A stretch of 64,000 nucleotides of DNA from Octopus bimaculoides. Its lineage: Eukaryota. Made by a program: the position numbers and the translations under genes. The stretch lies in the NCBI RefSeq assembly GCF_001194135.2, contig NC_068989.1, positions 89,626,859 through 89,690,858 of the forward strand, read 5' to 3'. Below are positions 12,575-24,200 of this stretch, in pieces (the first letter of the stretch is position 1; every line of letters starts with the position of its first letter). Under the pieces are notes generated by a model, which worked only from the letters and a program-made list of their open reading frames with translations, was not told the DNA's origin and did not search any database.

Positions 12575-12785
12575 TTACAGGCATAAAGCCTGAAATTTTG
12601 GGAGAGGGAGGGAATAGTCAATTACATCAACACCAGTATACAGCTGGTATTTATTTTATTGTCCCTGAAAGCATGAAAGGCAAAGATGACCTCAGCAGAA
12701 TTTGAACTCAGGACATAAAGACAGCAAAATGCCACGAACCATTTTGCCTGGTATGCTAATGGTTCTGTCAATTCACAGCCTTAAT
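12575..12785 (-). mobile_element. SINE family B
   Basis: Similarity to 1271-1485. Confidence 0.8.
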
Positions 12786-12841
12786 AATAATAATAACAAT
12801 AAGAAAATTGATAATTTGAATTGAGGTGAAGAAGAATTTAC

Positions 12842-14367
12842 CTGGTAAGATCAGACTTGATATCTGAATGAATGTCACAACATCCATTAATATGTATTCC
12901 CGTTGACATACCATCTTTACTTGCCTGCAAATAAAGAACTGCGACCACACCATAGCAACAGGGATATCGAGAATGCAATGAAGTAAAATTAACAAAGTTT
13001 AAACTGTTCAGTTTGGTTTCAGAATTTCTTTGACTTTGAAGTATTATTTCATGTTGAGAATCTGAAGTTTCAGCATTACTTTGAGTCTGAAATTTGTATG
13101 GAGAGGAATTGGGGGATATTGTGAGGTTGGACGAATATTTTGGATTCATACGGTAAGGTGTTCTTGAATTTTCTTTGCAGGTAGGGGATATGGTTAGATT
13201 TGAAATGTCTGCATACTTGGAGTATTCAGTAGGATTTCGTGCCAAATTACAAGGCTTTTTCTGTTTGTTGATTGGTGATTTGAACAATGATGCAATCTGA
13301 TCTGCAAAAGATAAATCTTTCATCTTGCCATCATTTTTATTGCCATCCATACAATTGTCACTGAAACAAAGGATGGTTGATTCTATTTGTGAAAGAGTTA
13401 CTTTTAGTCTTTCGATATACAATGGTGGGGGTGATGGTGGTAATGTTGATGAAGAAATGGTATTTTTGCCAAGGAGAAGCTTTGGAGATTGCAGCAATGT
13501 GGCTAGAAAATAAGGTTTGTGGTAAACTACCAAAAGATGGCATTGAGACGGTTGTTCAATGTATCCCAAATCAGCACCTGTTTGTGTTTTATTTCCTGTC
13601 AAGTGAATTTCTCGCCATAAAATTATCTGTTGACTTGTCTGTTGCGATAAAAGCCTGTTAAACTTCAAGTAAACGTAGACATCTTCCAAATTTCTTGGAG
13701 ATAAATGATTGCAGAGTAAATACTCATTGAAAAACACACAAGAACCAACTAGAAAGAACTGCTTTCTGTGTTGGCAACAATCTCTAGTTCTAAATTCTTC
13801 ATGTTCTGGATGTTTTGATTCTAAATCAGAGAGGATTCTATTCAAATTATCTTGGTAAAATGTAGGTAAAATATGCATCGGAATATACTCAAAGCAAAAG
13901 TTTAAAATTGTCTCTGAAGACGATTTGAATAAATTAATTAACTCTTCTTCTGCAGATGAAAAAATTCCATTCAATTTTTCATGGAATTTCTTTCTTAGGA
14001 ATGCATTTTCAACAGAACCATACAAAACAAATATAAGATGCATGATACTTTCAAACAGACTGGTAATAGTTTTATTACAAAGCACTTGAGATTTAACCAC
14101 AAATATCACAATTCTATGACCTTCTTTATGATATTTCACTTGTAAGTGTTTCCCGCCTTCGCAAGTTAATACAGAAGCATTTGCAGGTTTTCCAGTTAGA
14201 TCTTCCATTACATTACACAAGACAACCAACATGGCTTCTGTTTCCAGAAGAAAGTTATCTTTTTTAGGATAGCTATACACAACACATGGTTTTCTTTCCT
14301 CCTCTGAACCTTCTTCTTTAGGTTCCATTGCCAAACAGAACACAAACAATGAAGAATTTATATCCAT
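12842..14367 (-). CDS. intu: Inturned (CPLANE planar cell polarity effector), large coding exon with longin domains 1, 2 and part of 3
   Basis: LFVFCLAM..CVVYSYP, LCNVMEDLTG, LYGSVENAF, GSCVFFNEYLLCNHL, QIILWREI match INTU longin motifs; gtaaat donor phase 2 joins exon 11825 as AG|G. Confidence 0.85.
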
Positions 14368-14499
14368 TTTAGAATTTAACAGTGGGTTTCTCAATTAATG
14401 TAGCATTAAACTGCCTCGATTGTTTCCTTGTCAGTTTTAGGTTCATTTTATTATTTTAGATCCCATGTGTCAAACACTTCTTAATCGATATCTTGTAGA

Positions 14500-14760
14500 T
14501 GTAGGCATGGCTGTGTGGTAAGTAGCTTGCTTCTCAACCACATGATTCCAAGTTCAGTACCACTGCATAACACCTTAAGGCAAGTGTCTTCTATTATAGC
14601 CTTGGGCTGTCCAAAGCCTTGTGAGTGGATTTGGTAGACAGAAACTGAAAGAAACCCAACATGTGTGTTTGTGTCTGTGTGTGTGTGTGTCTGTGTTTGT
14701 CCCCCAACACAACTTGACAACTGACGTTGGTGTGTTTACATCCCTGTAACTTAGCAATTC
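14500..14760 (+). mobile_element. SINE family A
   Basis: Repeat similarity. Confidence 0.85.
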
Positions 14761-15114
14761 TGCACATTGTAATTGCTTTAATTTCCACACAGTCTCAGAT
14801 CAAATCATTTCCAAACCAAGGACAATTTTCTATTTTGTTAAGTTGTTATTCACTGGAACCACATAAATGTTATGCATTTCTTCTAAAAGCTGTTGGCTGT
14901 AAAAAAAATGGAAAAGTTACCAATTTATATCTACAGGAATGAAATGGTTAAAAAATAAAAATAAAAATTGAAGTTGATGTAGTACAAAGGAAAGTAGAAT
15001 CTGCAGCACAGTTAAGATCTGTGAAACATTTGAAAGATTCTCAGTTTGGTTCAACTTAAAATAGATGTATACATCCACCATTTTATATATTTTTTCTTTG
15101 TTCTTTTCATCCAA

Positions 15115-15405
15115 CTGCGGCCATGCTGGGGTACAACCTAGGATGGTTTAGTCAAACAAATTCATCCCATACTTCTTTGTAAGACTGGGACATATTTTAT
15201 TGCTCTCTCTCTCTGTTGCCAATCCATTCAGTTACAGGGAAGTAAACAAACCAACATCAGTTATCAAATGGCAGTGGAGAACACACACACACACACACAT
15301 ATATGACAGGCTCCCACAGTTTCTGTGGTCAGCATTGGTTAGGCCAGGGCCATAGTAGAAGATACTTGCCTAAGATGTTGTGCATTGGGACTGAACCCGA
15401 AACCA
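15115..15405 (-). mobile_element. SINE family A, degenerate
   Basis: Repeat similarity. Confidence 0.75.
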
Positions 15406-16499
15406 TGTGGTTATGAAGCAAACTTCTTAACCACACGGCCATGTCTGTAATAAACTCGAATAGAGCAGCTTTTCAGAATTGATAGAAGAAGAAGAAGAAG
15501 AATTTGAGAGTAAAAAAAGTTAACTTACCATAGCTGGGATTGAACTTACATTATTGAATACATAAATCGTCCTTTGAGGCCATGACAAAATCTATTCGTA
15601 GAAAGTGAATGTTTGCATCAGCGTGTGGTGGGATTAAATAAAATGTTTGCTTTTATGAGGAAAATCAATCCGATGTAAGGATTCACTTTGGGATAAAATG
15701 ATGGTAAGTTGTGGCGTTCATGTTGTTCTTCACTAAAACATCCTTAAAGGTTGACAATAGATCCGGCATTCTTCGTTAAATCAGACATTTATCCACGACA
15801 GAGTTTGATGTGATTAAAATCAAAGTGAGATTCAGAGAACGAGATATATTTCAGGCGCTGTAAAAGGGTGAACGAGTTCTACGTCGTCGGACAGATTCCT
15901 TCTTTTAAAAAAAATGAGCACGAGGCGAAAGTGACTCTTGGTTTTCATTCTCCCAGTTGTGTTGGGTGAAAAAGTTCAGAAACATAATTACCAATCATAT
16001 ATTTTAGTAGATCGATTGTCTTCAGGCAGTTCGCATCTTTTATTTGCAATCTTTCTTCATATCTGGGCCTTAAAGAAAAGAAAATAATAATAATTAACCT
16101 ACAAACCAAACTTCAGAGAAAGGAAATTATTGTCTGCATGGCATCTATTGTCAGGAATGTAACGCGATCAGCTCAAAGAATCCCGTCTTTGTCAATGTAT
16201 AAATATTATTTACTAGTAAGTACAATCATCACCGAAAATACTACAACTTATAAACTATACTGAGATCTTCATCGTTTCCTTCATAAAAGAAACTGGCTTC
16301 TTTGTAACAAACGAAAAGTAAGCTCTTAGTTAAAATTAACATTAATATAGCAAAGTGGTTGGTGACGACGTTTGACCATTTTCATTTGTCGTCTTCATGA
16401 AAGAGACAAAAAAGGGTGCCCCTACCCCAAAGTGAGTTAAAAAGACCTAGGTGGGCAATCAAATTCCAAAACTCAGTCTTCGGTAATGTGACATTGATA

Positions 16500-16640
16500 A
16501 AACAAAAATTAAAGGAACACTAAAGAGGAAGCAAGTGGTAAAGCTAGGTTTCAATTCCCAGTCAGAGCCGTTTCCTTTTTATTTAAGAAAGGAAACACAA
16601 GATCTTCACGTCTTCGTTTGTCTCCCGCCCCAATAAATAT
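16500..16640 (+). pseudogene. Possible highly decayed histone H2A N-terminal relic
   Basis: KIKGTLKR then frameshift to SGKARFQFPVRAVSFLFKKGN, versus [30 protein letters not shown]; no ATG in frame. Confidence 0.4.
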
Positions 16641-16819
16641 CTATCCTCTGCACCGATTCAAAACATCGTTAACAACAATTCATTAAAATTCATTAAGACA
16701 CGGACAACTATTCCAAAACTCTGCCACCAGATCATGTTCGGAACCTCTTACGCTTGTTGGAAGAGGAGGTTATACGACAAATTAGGGATTGAACAGATCT
16801 TTAAAGACAAGGGTATTAA

Positions 16820-17104
16820 CAAATATATATATATATATATTACAGTTAAAAGGGTAAAGGTTTATCAATTTATTAATTTATTAATAAATCAACAATTAAT
16901 AATTTTTACCAAGCCCTTCGGTATGTAAACACCATTATCGGTGGAGAACTTATTTAAAAGTTCTTATACATTTATAAACATAATTAAGGGATCAGCAAAC
17001 ATTTGCTTCACCACATGCTATCTGTTGGAGTCTCAGCTTTTTTAGCTGCTATTTCTGAACTTCGGTATGTGGTGAAGCAAATGTTTGCTGATCCCTTAAT
17101 TATG

Positions 17105-17110
<6 letters not shown>
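16820..17110 (-). mobile_element. Probable Penelope-like element remnant with a perfect 43-bp inverted repeat
   Basis: Arms 16974-17016 and 17067-17109; degenerate hammerhead-like layout at 16911-16950. Confidence 0.45.
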
Positions 17111-17150
<40 letters not shown>

Positions 17151-17299
17151 GAATGATATTTTTTTTAATGTTATTTAATATCTTACGACATAGTTGTTAT
17201 TGGTGATACTGTTGCTATGACGGTTTCAGCTGGTGTGATTAAATATTTCACAAGTGCCCCAGGTCGAGAATTGTTGAATGAGTTAATGAAGAGAGTGGA

Positions 17300-17940
17300 T
17301 TGTGTAAAAGGAGAGAGATAGAGAGAAATACAGTGGGAAGAAAGAGAGAGAAAACTTCCTGTTTTGCTGGCAGAATCATAGGAAAATGAAGGAGGCGGAG
17401 GAAGAAAAGAAAAAGAGTAGCGTGAATGAAGGGAAGTAGAAAGAAATAGAAGTAGAATAAACAGTGGCGGTGGGACATTTTCTGTTCTATTGACAGAATT
17501 AAAGGAGGAAGGGTGGGAGGAAGAGAGAAAGAAAAGGCGAATAGAATCACCAAAGAAAGAAAGAAAGAAGCAATAAAGTTGAGGGGAGGGGTAGCATAGA
17601 GAAGTACAAGAGAATAAAGAGAGGGAAAACTTACAAAGAAAGGCAAAGAGAAAGAGAGATGATAGGTATATAGAGAGAAATTATGTAGGAAGAAAGAGAA
17701 GGAAAGACATCGATTTATTTTCTTTATTCGCAGATTATAGGAAAATGAGGGAGAGAAGAGACGAAAGAGAATAGAACAAGATGGGAGTTAGTTTGAGTGA
17801 AGGGGAGTAGAGAGAAAATAGAGAGGGAAGAAAATGAGGAAAAGTGTCCTGTTGTGATTGAGAAATTATAAGGAAGAAAGAGAGAGGGTTAACCGTAAGG
17901 GTGGTAGAGAAAGATTAGAGAAACGAAAGGGGGGGGGAAT
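17300..17940. repeat. Long polypurine (GA-rich) low-complexity tract
   Basis: Direct reading. Confidence 0.85.
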
Positions 17941-20559
17941 GTAAAACGGGGAATCTGTAAGGAGCAATAGGGAGGGGGATTATGGAAGTGGACTGACCAA
18001 GTAGAAAGTCCCTTATTTTGTTTTGGTCTTAAAGTATAAACCCCAACATGAGCAATGTGTGTGCGTGTGTCTTTTGTTAAAAGTTGTTCCTCTCATATAT
18101 AATCCGTTTTTAACTGTGAACACGAATTAGAAGTCGAAGACCGCCTATCGTTTTTATAACTTTATCTAGTTCTAGTTCTACAGTCAAGGTCCTAAGAATT
18201 CAGAAAGGTTCGGGTGAACGTGAAATAATTCGTTTATACTTTAATACCAAAACAAGGGGAAGGATTAAGCAGCAGAAGATGGGGGATGGGGAGTATACCC
18301 CAGAACAAACGGTATGTTCAGTCGCGCCCTGCGGACATGACCGTGGTGACGTTGCCATGGAGAATGGTCAGCAGCACACATTGCAGCAGCCGCGCCACCC
18401 CGCAAGGGTAATTTCTCGAACTGTATCACCATTACTACCCTGCTGCTAGCATTCCCAACTGGTGAATCTCCCACCCTACCTCATGTCCATCACCCAGTCC
18501 ATCCCCGCCAAACCTTTCTCAATCTTGACAGATGTTACCTACCTCTTTCTTCACCATTTCCCAAATCTCTTCCCCTCCCCGCCACCGTGCACTCATGCTA
18601 ATCGCCACCCTCACAAACTTTTCGCTTCTCTCTGTCCCCACTCACTACTTCTCGCCTCGTGCCTTCTGGTGTCACCTGAACTCATCACCATCAGCTACCT
18701 CTTTGGAGAAACCACCGATTCATTTTCACTCTCTCCCCTAAATCCAGGTAGCCATGTAGTTCCTCTACCCCAACCTCTTCTCTCATCTTTAACCCCCTTC
18801 TAACATAAAGACGTACCCCCACCTCCTCAGCATTCATAGACTTGTAGGCTGCAAGGCAACCTCGGTAGTGATGGCGACACATACATAACAAAAAAAGCAC
18901 ACAACACATTTTGTAAAGTTGTTGGTGTTAGGAAGGACATCCAACCATAGAAAATATGCTGAAGCAGACGACTGGAGTACGACACTGCAGTCCTTGGACT
19001 CGTCGCATCCTTGTCGAACCGTCCAAACCATGGCTTGGTTTAAGGCGCGAGGCCTAGTGCTCAGTGTGTTGCACACAAGATCGTCAGATCCTGGTTTCGA
19101 TTCCAAGATCAGGCGGTGTGTTGTGTTCCTGAGCAAAACACTTCATTTCATATTGCTTTAACGCTGTGTAGGAATCAGCATGTCAAAGAATATAACCAAC
19201 GTTTTCTCTCCGTATTGTAAAAGGCGACTAAAAGAGGTTCAGGTAGGATTTGCACTCTGACTTCGTAAAACCCTCACCAGCAACCAGTGACTACCCAAAC
19301 AGATCCATGGGTTGGAGGGCTGTCACACGAGTGGTGCAAAGGTGTCATGCCAAGAGATAGGAGTAGTAAAGAATCACCAACAATGGTGGATGCAGGGACG
19401 CGCTGTTACAGTGCATGCCTCCATCACTACCGAGCAGTTCGGGTTCCTTTAACGGAGTTTACTCTACAGTTTCCTGTTTGAAGCTTTCTTCCTCTTTTCC
19501 TCCTACGATCCTCGAAAATCTTTTAAAGGGTTCTGGGCACTGCCTTACTACGTGATTAAAAGATAGAGTATTATCTATGCAGAGAAAAGGGCGTAAACGG
19601 TGCGGGGAAGTAACAGAAAAGGCTAAGGGTACTCGCATTTCCTCATCTGAGAGAAATATGGCGATTCCAAAGTCGAAATTGTTTTCAGAGTGAAAAATTC
19701 TTTATTATTATGCGTACGTGTCTTTCGTCTTGCTTGATTCCGTTCTTCCTTTGGAAATCTTGTCTACTGGCTTTTTCGTTCCCTTCCGTTCGTAACCAGC
19801 CCAATTCCAATTCTTTTTTGGTTAGTTGTTAAATCTCCAGGTTAATCGCATTCGCAAGACAGGTTAGATTTCCAATTGAAATCGATTCAATTCATTTATG
19901 CACAAATGAAAGTCATGAACGTCACAACTTCTTATTTTTCCGAACCAAAAATAAGCCTGAAGAACTTTTTGTGTCTGTCCAGTTGAGTGTTTTACAACAT
20001 TAGGCAGAGAAGCCTAATATCAGAACATGTGCCTTCACAGTTCTATTCTGTTTTTGGCAGAAAATTTCTTCAGATCATTGTTTTAAACCTCAGATGTAAC
20101 GAATGAAACAAAACAACAGTAAAGACACACACACATACATACAAACGACGGCCTTCTTTCAGTTTCCGTCTATCAAATCGACTTATACAGCCTTAGCTAT
20201 AGTAGAAGACACTTGCCCAAGGTGCCAAGCAGTGGGACTGAACCCAGAACCATGTGGATGGGAAGTAAACTTCTTACCACACAGCCACGCCTCATCGCGG
20301 ACATTACCCTGAGGATTGTAAATAATCCTGATTTATTAGAGTTTGTTTCAGTTTATCGTAATACCAGATTAGCTCTAGCAGAATCATGACGGAAATAACT
20401 AAATCGTTCAGTTTGATTGATAAAATTAGTGTGATGTGTCCTTTTTGAATCGTAATGTTATCAAACAGAAACGTTAAAAGAGAAAATGGAAATGAAAGCT
20501 AAACATACATGCTATCACTCACGTACAGATAAGTAGACAGCAGTTGAGAAGCAAGTCTA

Positions 20560-20730
20560 GCCAATCATAGACCACGATAGCACACAAGGAACGAAAAGGT
20601 ACAGCTATCTTTTGATTGGCTGAATTGTAAGACAATTTCTAATTATAGCCAATTGAATTGCCTCAAAGCGAAATCGGCTGGCTAGGCTCGTTTTACCACA
20701 CTCTCTGGAGCCTACTCGTTTCATATAAAT
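20560..20730 (+). promoter_or_regulatory. H2B promoter: CCAAT boxes (20561, 20615 reversed, 20649) and TATAAAT (20724-20730)
   Basis: Motif order and position typical of histone promoters. Confidence 0.65.
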
Positions 20731-20870
20731 AAAAATGAAACGCATTGTTCCAACCGTTGCTTTAGCATTTTTTCTTACTCTTCGAAATTCCTTCTTTTTT
20801 GTCCTTGCTACTACCACTGTTTCATTGCCAACCAACTGCCACGATCATCACCACTGTTCTATTCTGAAAC

Positions 20871-21239
20871 ATGCCACCCAAAGTGAGTGCTAAAGGAGCT
20901 AAGAAAGCTGCGAAACCGAAACCGGCCCGCAGTGGTGACAAAAAGAGGAAGAGGAAGAGGAAGGAAAGCTATTCTATCTATATCTATAAAGTATTGAAGC
21001 AGGTGCACCCGGACACGGGTATCTCTAGCAAGGCTATGTCCATTATGAATAGCTTCGTCAACGACCTGTTCGAAAGAATCGCCGCAGAGTCCAGCCGCCT
21101 TGCCCACTACAATAAACGATCGACCATTAGCAGTCGTGAGGTGCAGACAGCAGTTCGTCTCTTGTTACCGGGTGAATTAGCCAAACACGCCGTCTCAGAA
21201 GGAACCAAAGCCGTCACGAAATACACCAGCAGCAAATGA
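20871..21239 (+). CDS. H2B: Histone H2B, intronless, 122 aa
   Basis: Full histone fold [26 protein letters not shown]...[10 protein letters not shown]. Confidence 0.99.
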   Translation: MPPKVSAKGAKKAAKPKPARSGDKKRKRKRKESYSIYIYKVLKQVHPDTGISSKAMSIMNSFVNDLFERIAAESSRLAHYNKRSTISSREVQTAVRLLLPGELAKHAVSEGTKAVTKYTSSK

Positions 21240-24200
21240 GAGAAGACCATTTGATCCTCCCTCCCTCATTTTATGGGGACTTATACATACATCTATGTTG
21301 ATGTACTTTCATCTTCCTCAACTTCAACGAATCGGCAATACTCGATGGAAACTTATAAAATACATTGCATCACATTAACATCAGAATTTGATGTTTATAT
21401 TTATAAACATTCGCATACATAAACACATTCATGTTTACATCTACAAGTTGATTTAAAATGTTCTATATACTATAAACTCCAAAATAAAAACTAAAATCAC
21501 TACACCTATATCTATTGACATTTGTTATTCAAACAACACATTCAAGCATATAAACATTTCAATACAATTCTTAATTCTTAAAATATCTTATAGATTTAAT
21601 TTAAATCTATTTAAACAGTTTTTTTTAAAGAGCTGGTCATATTTTCTTTTCTAAACATATTTTACAAGCAAACATACTGTAATAACTAGATCGTTCCTGT
21701 TATTACGTTTTATGTTTGTCACCTGAAGATATAATGTAAATATGTGTTAAATATAAACACAAACATCAGTGTAGTTGTGTTTGGAAACCACAGCCAGCAA
21801 ATATTCGTAAGGAGAAAATAACGAGTGACTGCCAACTCTATACCAACCCCCATCCATTTATCTCTCTCCAAGAGATACACATATTCCAAGATATTCTGGT
21901 GCTTTGTATTTTCACCTTCATTCCCACCCCGATCTGTGCAAGACTGAACGACGTATATTGAAGCTAGTACCCGTTGAGTGTGGGTACCTTCAGCTTCATT
22001 CCGTTCTTTCAATACATCTGCTACTATTTACTACCGTTTCCATAATTATTCCAGTTACAAGTATCCCTATCCGACTCTCTTCAAAAAACAAAACGACAAA
22101 TTGGAACTATATTTATTCCAAGGTACCCTTGGAACAGTTATTTATTCTACCCCATCTTTCGTCATCATCATTTTACCTCCACCACCTCCCATAAATCATT
22201 TATTGATTGATAATGTTTGGTAGTGGATTTGATTTTATCACTTACAGAAAGTTCAATTCTACATTTTTAATATGTGCATATCATTAATTGTATATATCGG
22301 TATATTTAATCACAATCCTTTCAAATCATCTTTTTTTTTAAGAGGAAAAAAAAAACAAAATCTTCACTTTTGAAACAAAACAAAAACACAAAATAGAGTA
22401 AAAAAATTTCATTATTCGAAAATAAATTTTATTTTGACAGTTTATCAAAATTTAAAGACATTTCCGTGGCTTGTTTTTAGGTGATAACATGAATAAATTT
22501 AATGAAATGCGCAAAACATGGTTGAAAGTATTTTAAGACGGACAAAATTATTTTTGGTTGTTGAAAGTATAATTTTGGTCATTTAAAGATGGGGAAATAA
22601 AGAAGTCAAAGGTGAGTCGGTAGACCCCCAAATCTAATTAACTCATTATGTATCACAATATGAGGGCAACCTTTCACAAAATACTTCGCAGTATTTTTTC
22701 CGGCCCTTTAACCCGAGTTCAAAAGCTGCTGTGATCGATAAAATCAAATCCTAATCATGTACTGGATTGGTTTAATCGATTAAAACCTCTCCCTAAAATT
22801 GCTGGCCCTGTGCCTAAATTAGAAGCAATTCTATCATAATACGATTCTGATACTTGGCAGTCTGTGTATTGAATTGATCGTATAAGAGAAATGAGTCTCT
22901 ACATGATCTACGAAATAGAAATAGCAGCCAAATCGTACAATAAGTCTATAAAAAAGGAAAAACACGTTATACAATGTAGTCCCCTGATGAAGAAAACTAA
23001 ACAGCGAATGTTGATCCTGCGTTTTTAAAATTTTTTTTTATTATGTTACCCTCCGACTGATAAATATTCGGAAATAATTAATTCTCAATAACAGTTGGCT
23101 GGGTTCACTTTACTATTTTAACCAAAGGACAGTTTAAATTAGACTAAAGATAAAAAGGAAAAAGAGAGTATAGGCGTGTTTGGATCGCTTTTTTTATCAT
23201 CCGGTTCACTCGATCGGTACAGATCTGGACATGAGACTAAAGAAGGGAGATGCGATTAGATATTCACAAGTTTCTATAGAAAGCATTTCACTAAATTCAT
23301 TCTTGTTGGAAAAAAATTGTTTTTTTACCATTCCCTTCAATTTTATTTTCTTGGTATGAATTCTTGGGCTCTTTTGTATTTTAACTGTGACAATTAAAAA
23401 TAAAATTACATTAATAAGGCTTGCGAAAAATTATAATTTATTCGGATAGCCAAGTAATTTAAGCTTGCAATATTTCATTTAATGACCTACGAATTAGATA
23501 TAATTATTTAATGTCCTGCTCACCTGTAAATAAGATACGAGTGTGTATACTATACATACATATATTTGCTAAGAGCTTGATTAAAAAAAAAAAATAACCA
23601 CAGTTAAAATACAAAGTAACCCATTCCTTCTCACCACACCCCTCTCTCTCTCCTTTCATTATCGTTATAAACATTACTGTCTAATCAGGATAATGAATGA
23701 CTCATAACCACAAACAGTAAATCTCGTTTAACAGCACAACTGCTCATTTATGCATTTGGTGTGTATATTACATGTGTGTTAACACCTGCTGTTGACAGTC
23801 TGATACATTAAAGGTTTCAAGTGTCTGGAACACTCAGCCATTAACGATGTGCAGGTACTTTTATTGATGGAGCATTGATTTTCAAAACTGATAGATTAAT
23901 CCAATCGCACGTACTGCCCAGAATAATATAAAGAAGTGAGATTACCATATGGAAGATGTTCGTGCGTCTTCGACAGTGAGGGACTTGATGCTCTATAACT
24001 ACGAGTTGTTTATTCTACTCTGTTCCTATTAAGAAAAGTTTTTAGACAAATGAAGCGACCTGATTAAGTATCCCTTGTACTGAATAAACTTTCAGTTCCG
24101 TTTTAATTCTACCGCTGTCAGCCTCACCTTTCATCTTTTCTGAGGAAATAGAATAATTACCATTTATATACGGGAGTCGATTTGACTGACTACATACACA

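Noticed and set aside
14917-15114. ORF as a possible intu PDZ exon
   Set aside because: No PDZ motif, mostly a polypyrimidine tract, and splicing into the large exon gives stops
19440-19800. Faint histone-like peptides (LQFPV on +, KGTKKPV..KDTY on -)
   Set aside because: Short, on opposite strands, and no better than chance in Lys/Arg-rich sequence
20859-21107. 82-aa antisense ORF over H2B
   Set aside because: Shadow ORF from histone codon bias
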